A stretch of 32,000 bases of DNA from Telmatocola sphagniphila (lineage in GTDB: Bacteria > Planctomycetota > Planctomycetia > Gemmatales > Gemmataceae), in the NCBI RefSeq assembly GCF_018398935.1, contig NZ_CP074694.1, positions 120,001 to 152,000 of the forward strand. Reading direction: 5' to 3'. Both the position numbers and the translations under genes were made by a program. The first letter of the stretch is position 1. Every line of letters begins with the position of its first letter. The notes under the pieces were generated by a model. It was not told the DNA's origin. It did not search any database and was given only the letters and a program-made list of their open reading frames with translations. Below are positions 18,615-28,432 of the stretch, piece after piece.

Positions 18615-19490
18615 ATGTATAGTTTGGTTTTGATGGCGGCCATGGCCACCGGGCCGGAAGTGCCCGAGTTCGGAGGCGGCGGTATCGGCTGGGATACCAG
18701 TCTCTGCTTCCTGCGAACCTGTAAACTGCCTTACTGCGCTCCGGTCAACTGCTGCTTCTACGAAACCTGCCTTCCCACACGATACGGCTGGGTCTCCAAC
18801 TGCGGTTGCAGCGGGGCTTACCGATACGGCGGCTGCTACGGTGTCTCCTATGGCTCCTGCTTCGGTGGCTCGTACGGATACGCGGGATGCGGTTGCGGTT
18901 ACCACAACTATAGTTCGTGCTATGGCTCCTGCTACGGTTCGTGCCACGGTTCCTGCTACGGCGGCTGCTACAGTGCCCCTACCAGCTGCCACGGCTACTC
19001 CTGCAGCGGCTATTCCTGCTGCGGTTGCATCGGTTCCTACGATCCCGGCTACCACGGCATCGGCTACGCCGGCTTCACCGGCTACGGCAATTTCGGCGCT
19101 TACGGCTCGGCTCCGGTTGGCAACCCCGCCGCTAACGTGGTGATCCCGACCCCCGCCGCCAAACCTTTGACCAACTCCCCGCAGCTCCGCAACGACCTGT
19201 CGGTTCCGAATCGACTGGCCAAAGCCTCCGTGGTTCTGGAAGTTCCGGAAACGGCCAAGGTCTTCGTCGATGGCAACGCCATGACCAGCACTGGTAGCCG
19301 GCGCGTCTTCACCACCCCCGAATTGGAAGTCGGCGAAGATTATTACTACACCGTTCGCGTAGTTTTCGAAAAAGAGGGCAAGGAAGTCGAAGAGAATCGT
19401 AAAGTGATCGTTCGACCGGGCGATTCGACCACTCTCTCTTTCACGGCCCCTGTTATGCGAGATGCCGTCACGAGTGGAATCGGTCGATAA
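18615..19490 (+). CDS. TIGR03000-domain (Planctomycetes-specific) protein with a Cys/Gly/Tyr-rich low-complexity region
   Basis: 'MYSLVLMAAMATG' N-terminus. There are 22 Cys between aa 31 and 138. The C-terminal 'ASVVLEVPETAKVFVDGNAMTSTGSRRVFTTPELEVGEDYYYTVRVVFEKEGKEVEENRKVIVRPGDSTTLSF' matches the TIGR03000 pattern as I recall it. Confidence 0.8.
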   Translation: MYSLVLMAAMATGPEVPEFGGGGIGWDTSLCFLRTCKLPYCAPVNCCFYETCLPTRYGWVSNCGCSGAYRYGGCYGVSYGSCFGGSYGYAGCGCGYHNYSSCYGSCYGSCHGSCYGGCYSAPTSCHGYSCSGYSCCGCIGSYDPGYHGIGYAGFTGYGNFGAYGSAPVGNPAANVVIPTPAAKPLTNSPQLRNDLSVPNRLAKASVVLEVPETAKVFVDGNAMTSTGSRRVFTTPELEVGEDYYYTVRVVFEKEGKEVEENRKVIVRPGDSTTLSFTAPVMRDAVTSGIGR

Positions 19491-19506
19491 TTGAAATTCT
19501 TCTCAG

Positions 19507-19551
19507 TACCCGCTTTCGGCTTAACGGCTGAGGCGGGTATTTTCGTTTTTA
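19507..19551 (+). terminator. Possible rho-independent terminator after the TIGR03000 gene
   Basis: TACCCGC (19507-19513) pairs with GCGGGTA (19533-19539) and is followed by TTTTCGTTTTT. The 19-nt loop is large. Confidence 0.4.
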
Positions 19552-19746
19552 CAGGAAAGTGGAAACGCAATAGAGGACGACACCGATCATGGCCAGGAAG
19601 CTCGCCATGCGGATTCCCCAGCGAAAGGCTTCCCGCAATATCAAATCGAGCGGATCGAATCTCGTCGCACTGTAAACCAGACTAACGACGAAGAGCATGA
19701 CCGGCAGATGCCAGTAGATCGATCCGGTAGCCAAGAGAGGATTCAT
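19549..19746 (-). CDS. Small (65 aa) two-TM membrane protein
   Basis: Two hydrophobic helices. The ATG overlaps the upstream gene's TGA by 1 nt (TGATG), which suggests translational coupling. Confidence 0.6.
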   Translation of the reverse strand: MNPLLATGSIYWHLPVMLFVVSLVYSATRFDPLDLILREAFRWGIRMASFLAMIGVVLYCVSTFL

Positions 19747-20417
19747 CAGATCGATCCCTCCCGTTTGATTTCAATGGTTTTGATCGGCTCGGTAATCACC
19801 GTCTTGGCATTTCCTGCAGGAATTGGCGAGGGAGGAGCGGCGGCCTCGGATTTTGCCGCTTCCTCGATCTTCTTTTTTGTCACGGGTACGATGGTGAAGG
19901 CCGCCCCGGCGATCGCATCATAAATCACCAGAATGTTCAACACCCCGGCGATCACGGTGTAGACCCAGGCGAGGTCGAAGACCTTCTGATCGTTCCGCTG
20001 CATGTCGTTGAGCTTTTCATCGGAGGGTTCGCGTTCCAATTTCCCGAATCGCGGACCCGCTTCTTTCGTTTCGTCGTAGTGCATGAACTGGTAGATGGCT
20101 GGCCACGCCGACATGCCGATAAAGAACTGACCGACGTAGTGGGGACGAGCCGTCAGACAGTACACCAGGTGCATGTGCGCTCTGGGATCGGGTGGCCGGT
20201 TGCCTGCTTCTTTGTTGGTGATGTAGACGTTCTGCCATTCTCCCAGCCAAAGACCGTAGAAGAAAAGTCCGTGGAGGCATACGAAAAAAATGAGGCCTTT
20301 GGTCATCCGGCCCTGAGACATCTGACCCAGGCCGGGTATCAGATAAGATAATATGCCAGCCAAAACATCCGGCTTCTGGGGCGGAGCCGCGATGATGCGG
20401 TAGGTTTCCTCTTTCAT
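19746..20417 (-). CDS. Multi-pass membrane protein with an N-terminal 'IPGLGQ...G+..KG' motif
   Basis: 223 aa with about 4 hydrophobic segments and a charged Lys/Glu/Ala/Pro C-terminal tail. No enzymatic motif recognised. Confidence 0.7.
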   Translation of the reverse strand: MKEETYRIIAAPPQKPDVLAGILSYLIPGLGQMSQGRMTKGLIFFVCLHGLFFYGLWLGEWQNVYITNKEAGNRPPDPRAHMHLVYCLTARPHYVGQFFIGMSAWPAIYQFMHYDETKEAGPRFGKLEREPSDEKLNDMQRNDQKVFDLAWVYTVIAGVLNILVIYDAIAGAAFTIVPVTKKKIEEAAKSEAAAPPSPIPAGNAKTVITEPIKTIEIKREGSI

Positions 20418-20444
20418 GCAGTGCTTTTCGGTCCGAAAGTACGA

Positions 20445-21092
20445 TTATTTGAATTCAGATATGTTAGAGGAACTGTTCCGAACGGTCCAACGAAACTCGG
20501 TCCAATCCAGGTAAGCCCAAACTAATGCTCCAATAATCATCGCGATCCCGGCCACTCCGACCAGGTGTTTACCGAAAGGTCGCGTCAGCCAGGCCGTGGG
20601 TCCGCGGCCCAGAATCATATCGAAAATCCGCGTGATCAGATAGAACGGCCAGAGAATCGGAACGACGAAATCGTTGCTCGCGCTGAGAGCGGGTTGCGGT
20701 GTCGGTAACGCGGGGCGGGGCACTTCCTCCACCACCACGCTGGCATAAGGAACCAGTTCCTCCGGGGTGATCTCGACGGCTGTCGGCGGAAGGGAGACCA
20801 GACGATTGGTTTCCGGCACCCGAATCGGATCGCCGAATTCGACCTTCCACCCCATCACACTGCTGTCCGGAGTGTCGATTCGCGGTGTACTGGTTATCTT
20901 GGCTTCGTTAATCATCTGTCGATTGGGGAACGGCAGCGGTGCAAACTCCTCGGCGGGAATCCTAGCCGATTCCTGGAGCTTCTGGGCTTCTTCTTCATCC
21001 AGATGGGAAAGAGGCAGGCTGAGCATGCGTTGAATCAGGCTGTCCAGATCGTCCAGTTGCTGACGGGTCTGATGAAGCGTCGGATTGCTCAT
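20445..21092 (-). CDS. Hypothetical protein with an acidic helical N-terminus and two C-terminal TM helices
   Basis: 215 aa. It sits 27 nt upstream of the next gene on the same strand. No recognisable family. Confidence 0.6.
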   Translation of the reverse strand: MSNPTLHQTRQQLDDLDSLIQRMLSLPLSHLDEEEAQKLQESARIPAEEFAPLPFPNRQMINEAKITSTPRIDTPDSSVMGWKVEFGDPIRVPETNRLVSLPPTAVEITPEELVPYASVVVEEVPRPALPTPQPALSASNDFVVPILWPFYLITRIFDMILGRGPTAWLTRPFGKHLVGVAGIAMIIGALVWAYLDWTEFRWTVRNSSSNISEFK

Positions 21093-21179
21093 GGCGGATT
21101 CCTTTCACGCCGTCCCAATTGAGATTAAGGCTGTACAATACCCCGAATTGCCAGAATCCCGCAAGATCAAGATGATTCC

Positions 21180-21878
21180 ATGTCGAGCCGTTATTTCGTC
21201 GAAACACCGTTGCAGGCCGGTTCGTTCTCTCTGGAAGGGCCCGAAGCGCACCATCTGCTGCATGTCATGCGCTGTGAACCTGGGGAAAAAGTGACCCTAT
21301 TCGACGGTTCCGGGCGGGAAGCTGCGGCAACCGTTCAAGAACTGCATAAGAAATCGGCTCTACTTCAGCTCGACGAGCCGCATTACATCGACCGGGAGAT
21401 TCGTTTCGCTCTACATATTGCCGTCGCTTTTCCCAAAGCGGATCGGTCCGATTTTCTCGTTGAGAAACTCACCGAACTGGGGGTAACCGAACTCACCCCT
21501 TTGGAAACCGAGCGAAGCGTCACCAAAATTCGGGATGATAAACTGGAGAAACTACACAGACAGGTGATTGAGGCCAGCAAGCAATGCGGTCGCAACCGGC
21601 TGATGAAAGTGAACCCCAGTCAGAATCTGCAGGATTTCCTGACTCTCCCCCGAGAAGGTCGGCGATTGCTTCCTCATCCCGGCGGCAAACTTCTGAAAGA
21701 TGTTGCGGTTCCCGTGGGAGCCACGACGGCGGTTATAGGACCCGAGGGGGGATTCTCTGAAGTAGAAGTGGAACGGGCTAGGGGTTTAGGTTGGGTACCG
21801 GTTTCGCTGGGAGATAGGATACTAAGAACCGAGACGGCAGCGATCGCACTCGCTAGCCGGCTGGTTATGGATCAATAA
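21180..21878 (+). CDS. rsmE: 16S rRNA (uracil1498-N3)-methyltransferase
   Basis: 'RYFVE...EAHHLLHVMRCEPGEKVTLFDGSG' PUA-like N-terminus and a SPOUT C-terminus ('IGPEGGFSEVE...LGDRILRTETA'). Confidence 0.9.
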   Translation: MSSRYFVETPLQAGSFSLEGPEAHHLLHVMRCEPGEKVTLFDGSGREAAATVQELHKKSALLQLDEPHYIDREIRFALHIAVAFPKADRSDFLVEKLTELGVTELTPLETERSVTKIRDDKLEKLHRQVIEASKQCGRNRLMKVNPSQNLQDFLTLPREGRRLLPHPGGKLLKDVAVPVGATTAVIGPEGGFSEVEVERARGLGWVPVSLGDRILRTETAAIALASRLVMDQ

Positions 21879-22768
21879 TCCTGGCGTTCCATCCCGGCAA
21901 GGGCATCGCGGAAGGATTTCACATCGCGATATCGTTCGTTGGGTTCCTTGGCGATCGCCTTGGCCAGAATATCGTTGAGATCCTGAGGAATATCGGGCTT
22001 CAATTCCTTGGCCAAACGTGGCGGAGTATTCAAATGCCGTCGCAACGTCTCTTCCGAGGAAAGAGATCGCTCCCAGGGTAACTGGCCGGTGAACACTTCA
22101 AACGCGGTGACACCCAAAGCGAAAATATCGACGCGATGATCGGTTCGCTGCCTTTTGATGATCTCCGGAGCGAGATAATCAGCCGTGCCGGTGCGATTGC
22201 CCGGCTGGCAGAAAACCGGGGTGTAGGGAATCGTTAAGCCATAGTCGATCAGCTTGACTTGGTTTTCCTTGTTCACCATCACGTTACGCGGGCAGAGATC
22301 GCGGTGCAGGAATTGGTTGCGATGCAGAAAGGCCAGGGCATCGCTCAGTTGCAATACGTAGCTGACGCGATTGCCATTGAGTTGCGGGCTTTTCGTTTCG
22401 ATCAGAAAGTTCAAACCGAGGCCATCGATCCATTCCATGACGATGTAAGGTTCACCCGCGGTCGTTACACCATGCTCGATGGTCCGAACGATGTTGGGAT
22501 GGCCGGAGCCGGCACTCAATTTTTCGGTGAGTTCCCCTTCGGTTGGCTTATCCTTGATCCCCATCAGTTTGAATTTTTCTTCGAACTTATGGGTCTTTTC
22601 TTTGTCGAGTAATTTCAGGCAAACCATCCGGCCCAGCTTCTTATCGTAGGCGGACCAGACCTTGGACATGCTTCCCTGACCGGTGCGGTTACGCAAATCC
22701 CAGCGCTTGGCAACGTCGACCTTTGCGATCCTCTTGGAGCCACCAAACAAACTGGCAAGTAAACCCAC
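21872..22768 (-). CDS. Ser/Thr protein kinase, kinase domain only (298 aa)
   Basis: 'HRDLCPRNVMV' catalytic loop, 'DYGL' (DFG equivalent), 'ADYLAPE', and a VAIK-like 'MVCLKLL'. GTG start at 22768 with GAGGAG 6 nt upstream. Confidence 0.88.
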   Translation of the reverse strand: MGLLASLFGGSKRIAKVDVAKRWDLRNRTGQGSMSKVWSAYDKKLGRMVCLKLLDKEKTHKFEEKFKLMGIKDKPTEGELTEKLSAGSGHPNIVRTIEHGVTTAGEPYIVMEWIDGLGLNFLIETKSPQLNGNRVSYVLQLSDALAFLHRNQFLHRDLCPRNVMVNKENQVKLIDYGLTIPYTPVFCQPGNRTGTADYLAPEIIKRQRTDHRVDIFALGVTAFEVFTGQLPWERSLSSEETLRRHLNTPPRLAKELKPDIPQDLNDILAKAIAKEPNERYRDVKSFRDALAGMERQDY

Positions 22769-22856
22769 CGGGAACTCCTCGCATAGTCACTATGATTTGC
22801 TGCGAATCTCTGAGTATTATCTCATAGATAGCACACTAATACTAGTCTTAAGGCGA

Positions 22857-23705
22857 TCAGGTCTTTTCGCAGTAATCGATGATCTGAGCAACTTCTGTCC
22901 GTAAGTTGTGGCGATGAACGATCCGATCGATGAAGCCATGCTCCAGTAGGAACTCGCTGGTTTGGAACCCTTCAGGCAGTTCGAGCCGGACCGTGTTCCA
23001 GATTGTGCGGGCCCCTGCGAAGCCGATCATGGCTCCCGGTTCGGCCAGGTGAATATCCCCTTGCAGGGCGAAACTGGCGGCCACCCCACCCATGGTTGGG
23101 TTGGTGAGAATCGAGATATACAGGCCGCCCGATTGATCGTACTTGGCGAGGGCACACGAGACCTTGGCCATCTGCATCAGGGAGAGAATCCCTTCCTGCA
23201 TGCGGGCGCCACCGCCCGAACCGCTGACAATAATCAGCGGCAACTTCAATTTGGTGGCTTCTTCGACGATGCGAGTGAGTTTTTCACCGACAACCGAGCC
23301 CATACTCCCGGCCATGAACTGAAAATCGGTAATCCCCAGTACGACGGGTCGACCGCGAATGAAGCCTTTGCCCACCACGGCCGCATCGTTCATTCCCGAT
23401 TTGGCTTGTTCTTCGGCGATTCGCTTGGAATAAGGAATTCGGTCCTTGAAGCCCAGCGGGTCGACCGGTTTCAACTCGGCGTACCACTCCTCAAAGCTAT
23501 CTTCGTCGAGCAGATGCTTGATGCGATCCTTGGCCGGCATGCGGAAGTGGTAGGTGCATTCCGGGCAGACGTGGGCGCGGGTTTCGACTTCTTTGCGGTA
23601 GACGGTAGCCTTGCACTGAGGGCAATGGATCCAGAGTCCTTCTGGAACACCGCGCTTGGAGCGAACTAGACCACCGGAGGTATCGGAAATTTCGTTGGCA
23701 GACAT
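22857..23705 (-). CDS. accD: Acetyl-CoA carboxylase carboxyltransferase beta subunit
   Basis: Zn-ribbon 'CPQCKATVY...CPECTYHF' followed by the crotonase-like CT domain. The internal ATG at 23705 is preferred because the track's 23834 start would overlap pgk by more than 100 nt. Confidence 0.9.
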   Translation of the reverse strand: MSANEISDTSGGLVRSKRGVPEGLWIHCPQCKATVYRKEVETRAHVCPECTYHFRMPAKDRIKHLLDEDSFEEWYAELKPVDPLGFKDRIPYSKRIAEEQAKSGMNDAAVVGKGFIRGRPVVLGITDFQFMAGSMGSVVGEKLTRIVEEATKLKLPLIIVSGSGGGARMQEGILSLMQMAKVSCALAKYDQSGGLYISILTNPTMGGVAASFALQGDIHLAEPGAMIGFAGARTIWNTVRLELPEGFQTSEFLLEHGFIDRIVHRHNLRTEVAQIIDYCEKT

Positions 23706-23718
23706 CTCGATCTCAAAA

Positions 23719-24915
23719 TCAAACTTCGTCGATCTGGGCCAGGGAGGCGAACTTTTTACCTTCCACGTACGCAAGGAAAGCGCCTCCCCCGGTGGAGACG
23801 TGGGTGATCTTGGAATCCAGGCCGAACTGTTCAATGGCCTCGGCCGTTTCGCCGCCGCCGATAATCGTCACGGCGTGGGAATTGGCCATGGCCTCTCCGA
23901 CGCCCCGCGTGCCCTTGCTGAAGGCGGGTTGCTCGAACCAACCCACCGGTCCATTCCAGATCACCGTTGCGGACTTGGCGATCTCCGCAGAGTAATTCGC
24001 CAACGTCTTCGGCCCGATATCCACGCCTTCGAATCCCACGGGGATATTGCCTTCCACCACCTGGGTGGTGTTCAAATCATCCGATTTTGCGGTCACGTAG
24101 TCAATGGGTAACGAGATTTTGTTTCCGACATACTGCAACAGCGGTCCGGCAGCGGTCAGTTCCTCATCGGCCACGCGAGTCGAGCCGACATCCACTCCTC
24201 GAGCCTTCAGGAAAGTATAGGCCATCTTGCCGCCGATGAGCAAATGATCGACTTTGGTCAGAAGCACATTGATGAATGCGATCTTGTCCGAGACCTTTGC
24301 TCCGCCCATCACCGCAAGCATCGGCCGCTTGGGGTGTGCCATCAACCCGTCAATCACTTCCAATTCCTTGGCGACCAGGAAACCAACAACTCGAGGTTTG
24401 GGAGCCATCGCTTTGGGCACGGCCACCATCGAAGCGTCTTTGTCGTTGTGGCAGGTCCCAAACGCGTCGTTGACATAGATGTCCCCGAGTTGGGCGATCT
24501 GCTGGGCAAATTCGGGATCGTTCTTCTGTTCGCGAGGGTCGAACCGCAGATTTTCCAGCATCAGCACATGGCCGGGCTGCAAAGCCGCGGCGGCCGCCGT
24601 GACCGCCGGGCCAACGACGGTATCGCCCGCTTTTTTCACGGGGACGCCCAGTAATTCGCTCAGTCGCTTGGCCACACCATCGGTTTTAAGAATAGCGTCT
24701 TTGGCCGGGTCACCACTGGGACGACCGATGTGGCTCATGGCGATGACCGAAGCGCCCGCTTCCAACAGGTATTTTAAAGTGGGAATGGCCGCCCGAATTC
24801 GACGATCGTTAGTGATCACGCCCGTTTTTTTGTCCATCGGGACGTTGAAATCGACTCGAATAATAACCTTCTTGCCCTGGATGTCGCCGAGATTCTTGAT
24901 CGTCTTCTTTGGCAT
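23719..24915 (-). CDS. pgk: Phosphoglycerate kinase
   Basis: '[10 protein letters not shown]...[33 protein letters not shown]' is a canonical PGK N-terminus. 398 aa. Confidence 0.95.
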   Translation of the reverse strand: MPKKTIKNLGDIQGKKVIIRVDFNVPMDKKTGVITNDRRIRAAIPTLKYLLEAGASVIAMSHIGRPSGDPAKDAILKTDGVAKRLSELLGVPVKKAGDTVVGPAVTAAAAALQPGHVLMLENLRFDPREQKNDPEFAQQIAQLGDIYVNDAFGTCHNDKDASMVAVPKAMAPKPRVVGFLVAKELEVIDGLMAHPKRPMLAVMGGAKVSDKIAFINVLLTKVDHLLIGGKMAYTFLKARGVDVGSTRVADEELTAAGPLLQYVGNKISLPIDYVTAKSDDLNTTQVVEGNIPVGFEGVDIGPKTLANYSAEIAKSATVIWNGPVGWFEQPAFSKGTRGVGEAMANSHAVTIIGGGETAEAIEQFGLDSKITHVSTGGGAFLAYVEGKKFASLAQIDEV

Positions 24916-24942
24916 TGACCATTCCTTTTGCGCTATGTGCAG

Positions 24943-25147
24943 TCAGCGTTCAGCAATCAACCTTCAGCCATCTTTCAGATGGGCCAACACTCTGTTTGGC
25001 CCAAGGGGTGTTAACTTTGGGAACTCAGCTTTCAGCTTTCAGCCGCCGCTATTCCTGTTCTATGACCCAACTCCTCGGGTCGTCGAGCAAGCCCGCCAAC
25101 TGTTTTCAGCTAACCTCTGATAGTTGAAAGCTGACCGCTGAAAGCGG
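24943..25147. repeat. Cluster of (T)TCAGC / GCTGA(A) short repeats in the gap-pgk spacer
   Basis: TCAGC cores (usually as TTCAGC) at 24943, 24949, 24963, 25024, 25031, 25038 and 25105. A TTCAGA variant is at 24974. Inverted GCTGA(A) copies are at 25130 and 25137. A hairpin GGGCCAA-N8-TTGGCCC sits at 24981-25002. Confidence 0.7.
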
Positions 25148-25156
25148 ATAGCTTTT

Positions 25157-26251
<1,095 letters not shown>

Positions 26252-26328
26252 TCATACCTTATTAGCATTCAGTGGTGTTGCCAGTAGTCGTGCTGGTTTT
26301 CGTTTTCCGCTATTTGTGAGAATTCATC

Positions 26329-27333
26329 ATGTCAAAAGTCGTTCGCGTAGCCGTGACCGGTGCAGCCGGGCAAGTCTCTTACTCCATGCTGGCCCGATTG
26401 GCTTCCGGCGAAGTCTTTGGACCTAACACCCACGTTATTCTACAGCTTTTGGAAATACCGCGCTCCGTTAACCCCAAAGCGATGGACGCCTTGGAAGGTG
26501 TCGCGATGGAACTGGAAGATTGCGCTTTTCCGACGCTGAAAGAAATTAAAGTTACCGACGATCCCCTGCAGGCGTTCGATGGTGCCAACTGGGTTCTCCT
26601 CGTCGGGGCGGCCCCGCGCGGCCCCGGTATGGAGCGTAAGGATCTGTTGACCAAAAACGGCCAGATTTTCGTCGGCCAGGGTAAAGCCCTGGCCGCCCGG
26701 GCCGCTTCCGATGTGCGAATTCTGATCGTCGGCAATCCCTGTAACACCAACTGCCTCGTGGCCTACCACAACGGCAAGGATATCCCCGCCGAACGCTGGA
26801 CTGCCATGACCCGCCTCGATCACAACCGGGCTGTTTCGGCTCTGGCCGTAAAGAGTGGCGTGACCAACGACGCCGTGACCTGCATGACCATCTGGGGCAA
26901 CCACAGCAACACCCAGTACCCGGACTTCACCAATGCGAAGATCAACGGCAAACCGGCTACGGAAGTGATTACCGATCGCAAGTGGCTCGAAACGTCCTTC
27001 GTGCCGCAGTGCCAGGAACGGGGCAAGGCCATTATCAACAAGCGAGGCTTATCCTCGGCCTTCTCTGCTGGGAATGGTGCTTTGGATCACGTAAAGAGCC
27101 TGCTGAAACCGACCCCTGCCAACGACTGGGTCAGCATGGCCACGGTTTCCAAAGGCGAATATGGCGTTCCAAAAGGATTGGTCTTCGGCTACCCGTGCAA
27201 GACCGATGGAGCAGGGAATTACAGCATTGTCGAGGGCCTGCAATTGGATGCTTTCGGCAAGACTAAGTGGGATTTGACGCTGAAGGAATTGCTGGAAGAG
27301 CAGGACGCCGTGAAGGAATTACTGCCGAGCTAA
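26329..27333 (+). CDS. mdh: Malate dehydrogenase (long 'type 2' class, Thermus/cytosolic-like)
   Basis: '[27 protein letters not shown]...VILQLLEIP' and 'IWGNHS'. 334 aa. Confidence 0.92.
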   Translation: MSKVVRVAVTGAAGQVSYSMLARLASGEVFGPNTHVILQLLEIPRSVNPKAMDALEGVAMELEDCAFPTLKEIKVTDDPLQAFDGANWVLLVGAAPRGPGMERKDLLTKNGQIFVGQGKALAARAASDVRILIVGNPCNTNCLVAYHNGKDIPAERWTAMTRLDHNRAVSALAVKSGVTNDAVTCMTIWGNHSNTQYPDFTNAKINGKPATEVITDRKWLETSFVPQCQERGKAIINKRGLSSAFSAGNGALDHVKSLLKPTPANDWVSMATVSKGEYGVPKGLVFGYPCKTDGAGNYSIVEGLQLDAFGKTKWDLTLKELLEEQDAVKELLPS

Positions 27334-27340
27334 GGGGCAT

Positions 27341-27385
27341 AAAAAAAGTGTTCCGAGGAAACGGTTCCTCGGAACACCCGGTTTT
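27341..27385. terminator. Strong bidirectional rho-independent terminator (mdh on + ; lipoprotein operon on -)
   Basis: 13-bp perfect stem GTGTTCCGAGGAA (27348-27360) / TTCCTCGGAACAC (27365-27377) with loop ACGG. An A7 run lies upstream and TTTT downstream. Confidence 0.85.
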
Positions 27386-27615
27386 CAATTGTTTTTATTC
27401 TTGTTCTTGTTCACATCCACATCGACATCCACGCCCGGCGCATTGACTTTCACCCGGCCCTTGTTGACATTCACATCAACATCGTGATTAGGATCGTTAA
27501 CTCGCACCTTGTTATCGTTAGGTGACAAATCTCTCCGCGATGTCGGGTTGGTAGTGTTATCGCAGCCCGTGAGAAGTCCAATTCCCAGAGCCAGCGCAAT
27601 AAAATGCTTTTTCAT
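27385..27615 (-). CDS. Small (76 aa) lipoprotein with a duplicated Val/Asp/Asn repeat
   Basis: The internal ATG at 27615 has GGAGG upstream. 'MKKHFIALALGIGLLTG-C' is a canonical lipobox. The mature part contains 'VNDPNHDVDVNVNKG' and 'VNAPGVDVDVDVNKN'. Confidence 0.75.
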   Translation of the reverse strand: MKKHFIALALGIGLLTGCDNTTNPTSRRDLSPNDNKVRVNDPNHDVDVNVNKGRVKVNAPGVDVDVDVNKNKNKNN

Positions 27616-27663
27616 GGTCGATACCTCCGTTGAGTAATTCCAGGGAGGTACGTAAAGCATTTG

Positions 27664-28362
27664 TCATGCCGCTCGACGGAAAAATGTACTAACTTGTTGA
27701 GCGCAAATTTCCTTGATATCTCCGAACAGCTGTTCGAGTTGCTGTTTGCTCTTACCCCAGTCGTAAAGCTGGCCGCGAATCTTCGTCGCGGCGGCGATCT
27801 GCGTACCATTGGGCAGTCTTCGGAAGGAAATCACTAGTTCGCCTTCGAAACTCCACATGTCCGAAGGAAGATTACTTTCGATCAGACAACCATCCTCGGC
27901 GGGTGTAATCTGCTTGATGGTTTTACCGCCATGAGCCATTGCACAGATCCCGGCGACGATAACCAAACCCGTCGGAGCGGCCAGCAACTCATTCTTCTCC
28001 TTCGAGGTGTTGATTCCCATGCGGGAGTAGTAGGGCACCAGCATTTTCGCGACCGAATTGAGGGAGACTCCGATCATCGGTTTGTAGATGACCTTGTCGC
28101 ACAGCGCCAGGAAATCTTCGGCGGAGAATTTTTTTTTCGCCTGTGCCGCGTAACGACTGATCAACTCGCGAACTTCCGGATTTCCAAACAGGATCTCATA
28201 ACGGATCTCGTCGTGCCAATTGTTCGCGGTGGAGGCGAAGACTTCCTCGGCCAGCGAACTCGCAGCTTCCAGAGACGGGTTCGGCTTCTCGGGCGCGAGT
28301 CGTTGACCACAACTGGAGCAGAAATTCCCGGAACCTTCGGCACCGCAGTTGGAACAGAACAT
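27664..28362 (-). CDS. Zinc-ribbon domain protein (232 aa), function unknown
   Basis: Start at 'MFCSNCGAEGSGNFCSSCGQRL' (CxxC-N8-CxxC), ATG at 28362. The remainder matches no family I recognise. Confidence 0.65.
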   Translation of the reverse strand: MFCSNCGAEGSGNFCSSCGQRLAPEKPNPSLEAASSLAEEVFASTANNWHDEIRYEILFGNPEVRELISRYAAQAKKKFSAEDFLALCDKVIYKPMIGVSLNSVAKMLVPYYSRMGINTSKEKNELLAAPTGLVIVAGICAMAHGGKTIKQITPAEDGCLIESNLPSDMWSFEGELVISFRRLPNGTQIAAATKIRGQLYDWGKSKQQLEQLFGDIKEICAQQVSTFFRRAA

Positions 28363-28432
28363 GGCGAAACCGCCTTTAGCGAATCGAACTAGAATGAGAT
28401 TAATATCGTCCGAATATCGGAGCAATCTTCAA

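Noticed and set aside
18573-19143. Alternative-frame and antisense ORFs across the Cys/Gly/Tyr repeat (18573-19055 on the - strand; 18841-19143 and 18917-19135 on the + strand)
   Set aside because: They are artefacts of the low-complexity 12-nt repeat. Only the 18615-19490 frame joins a plausible N-terminus to the TIGR03000-type C-terminal domain.
24479-25120. 213-aa + strand ORF spanning the pgk 5' end and the repeat spacer
   Set aside because: It is mostly antisense to a canonical pgk and continues through the TTCAGC repeats. It has no start context and no recognisable motif.
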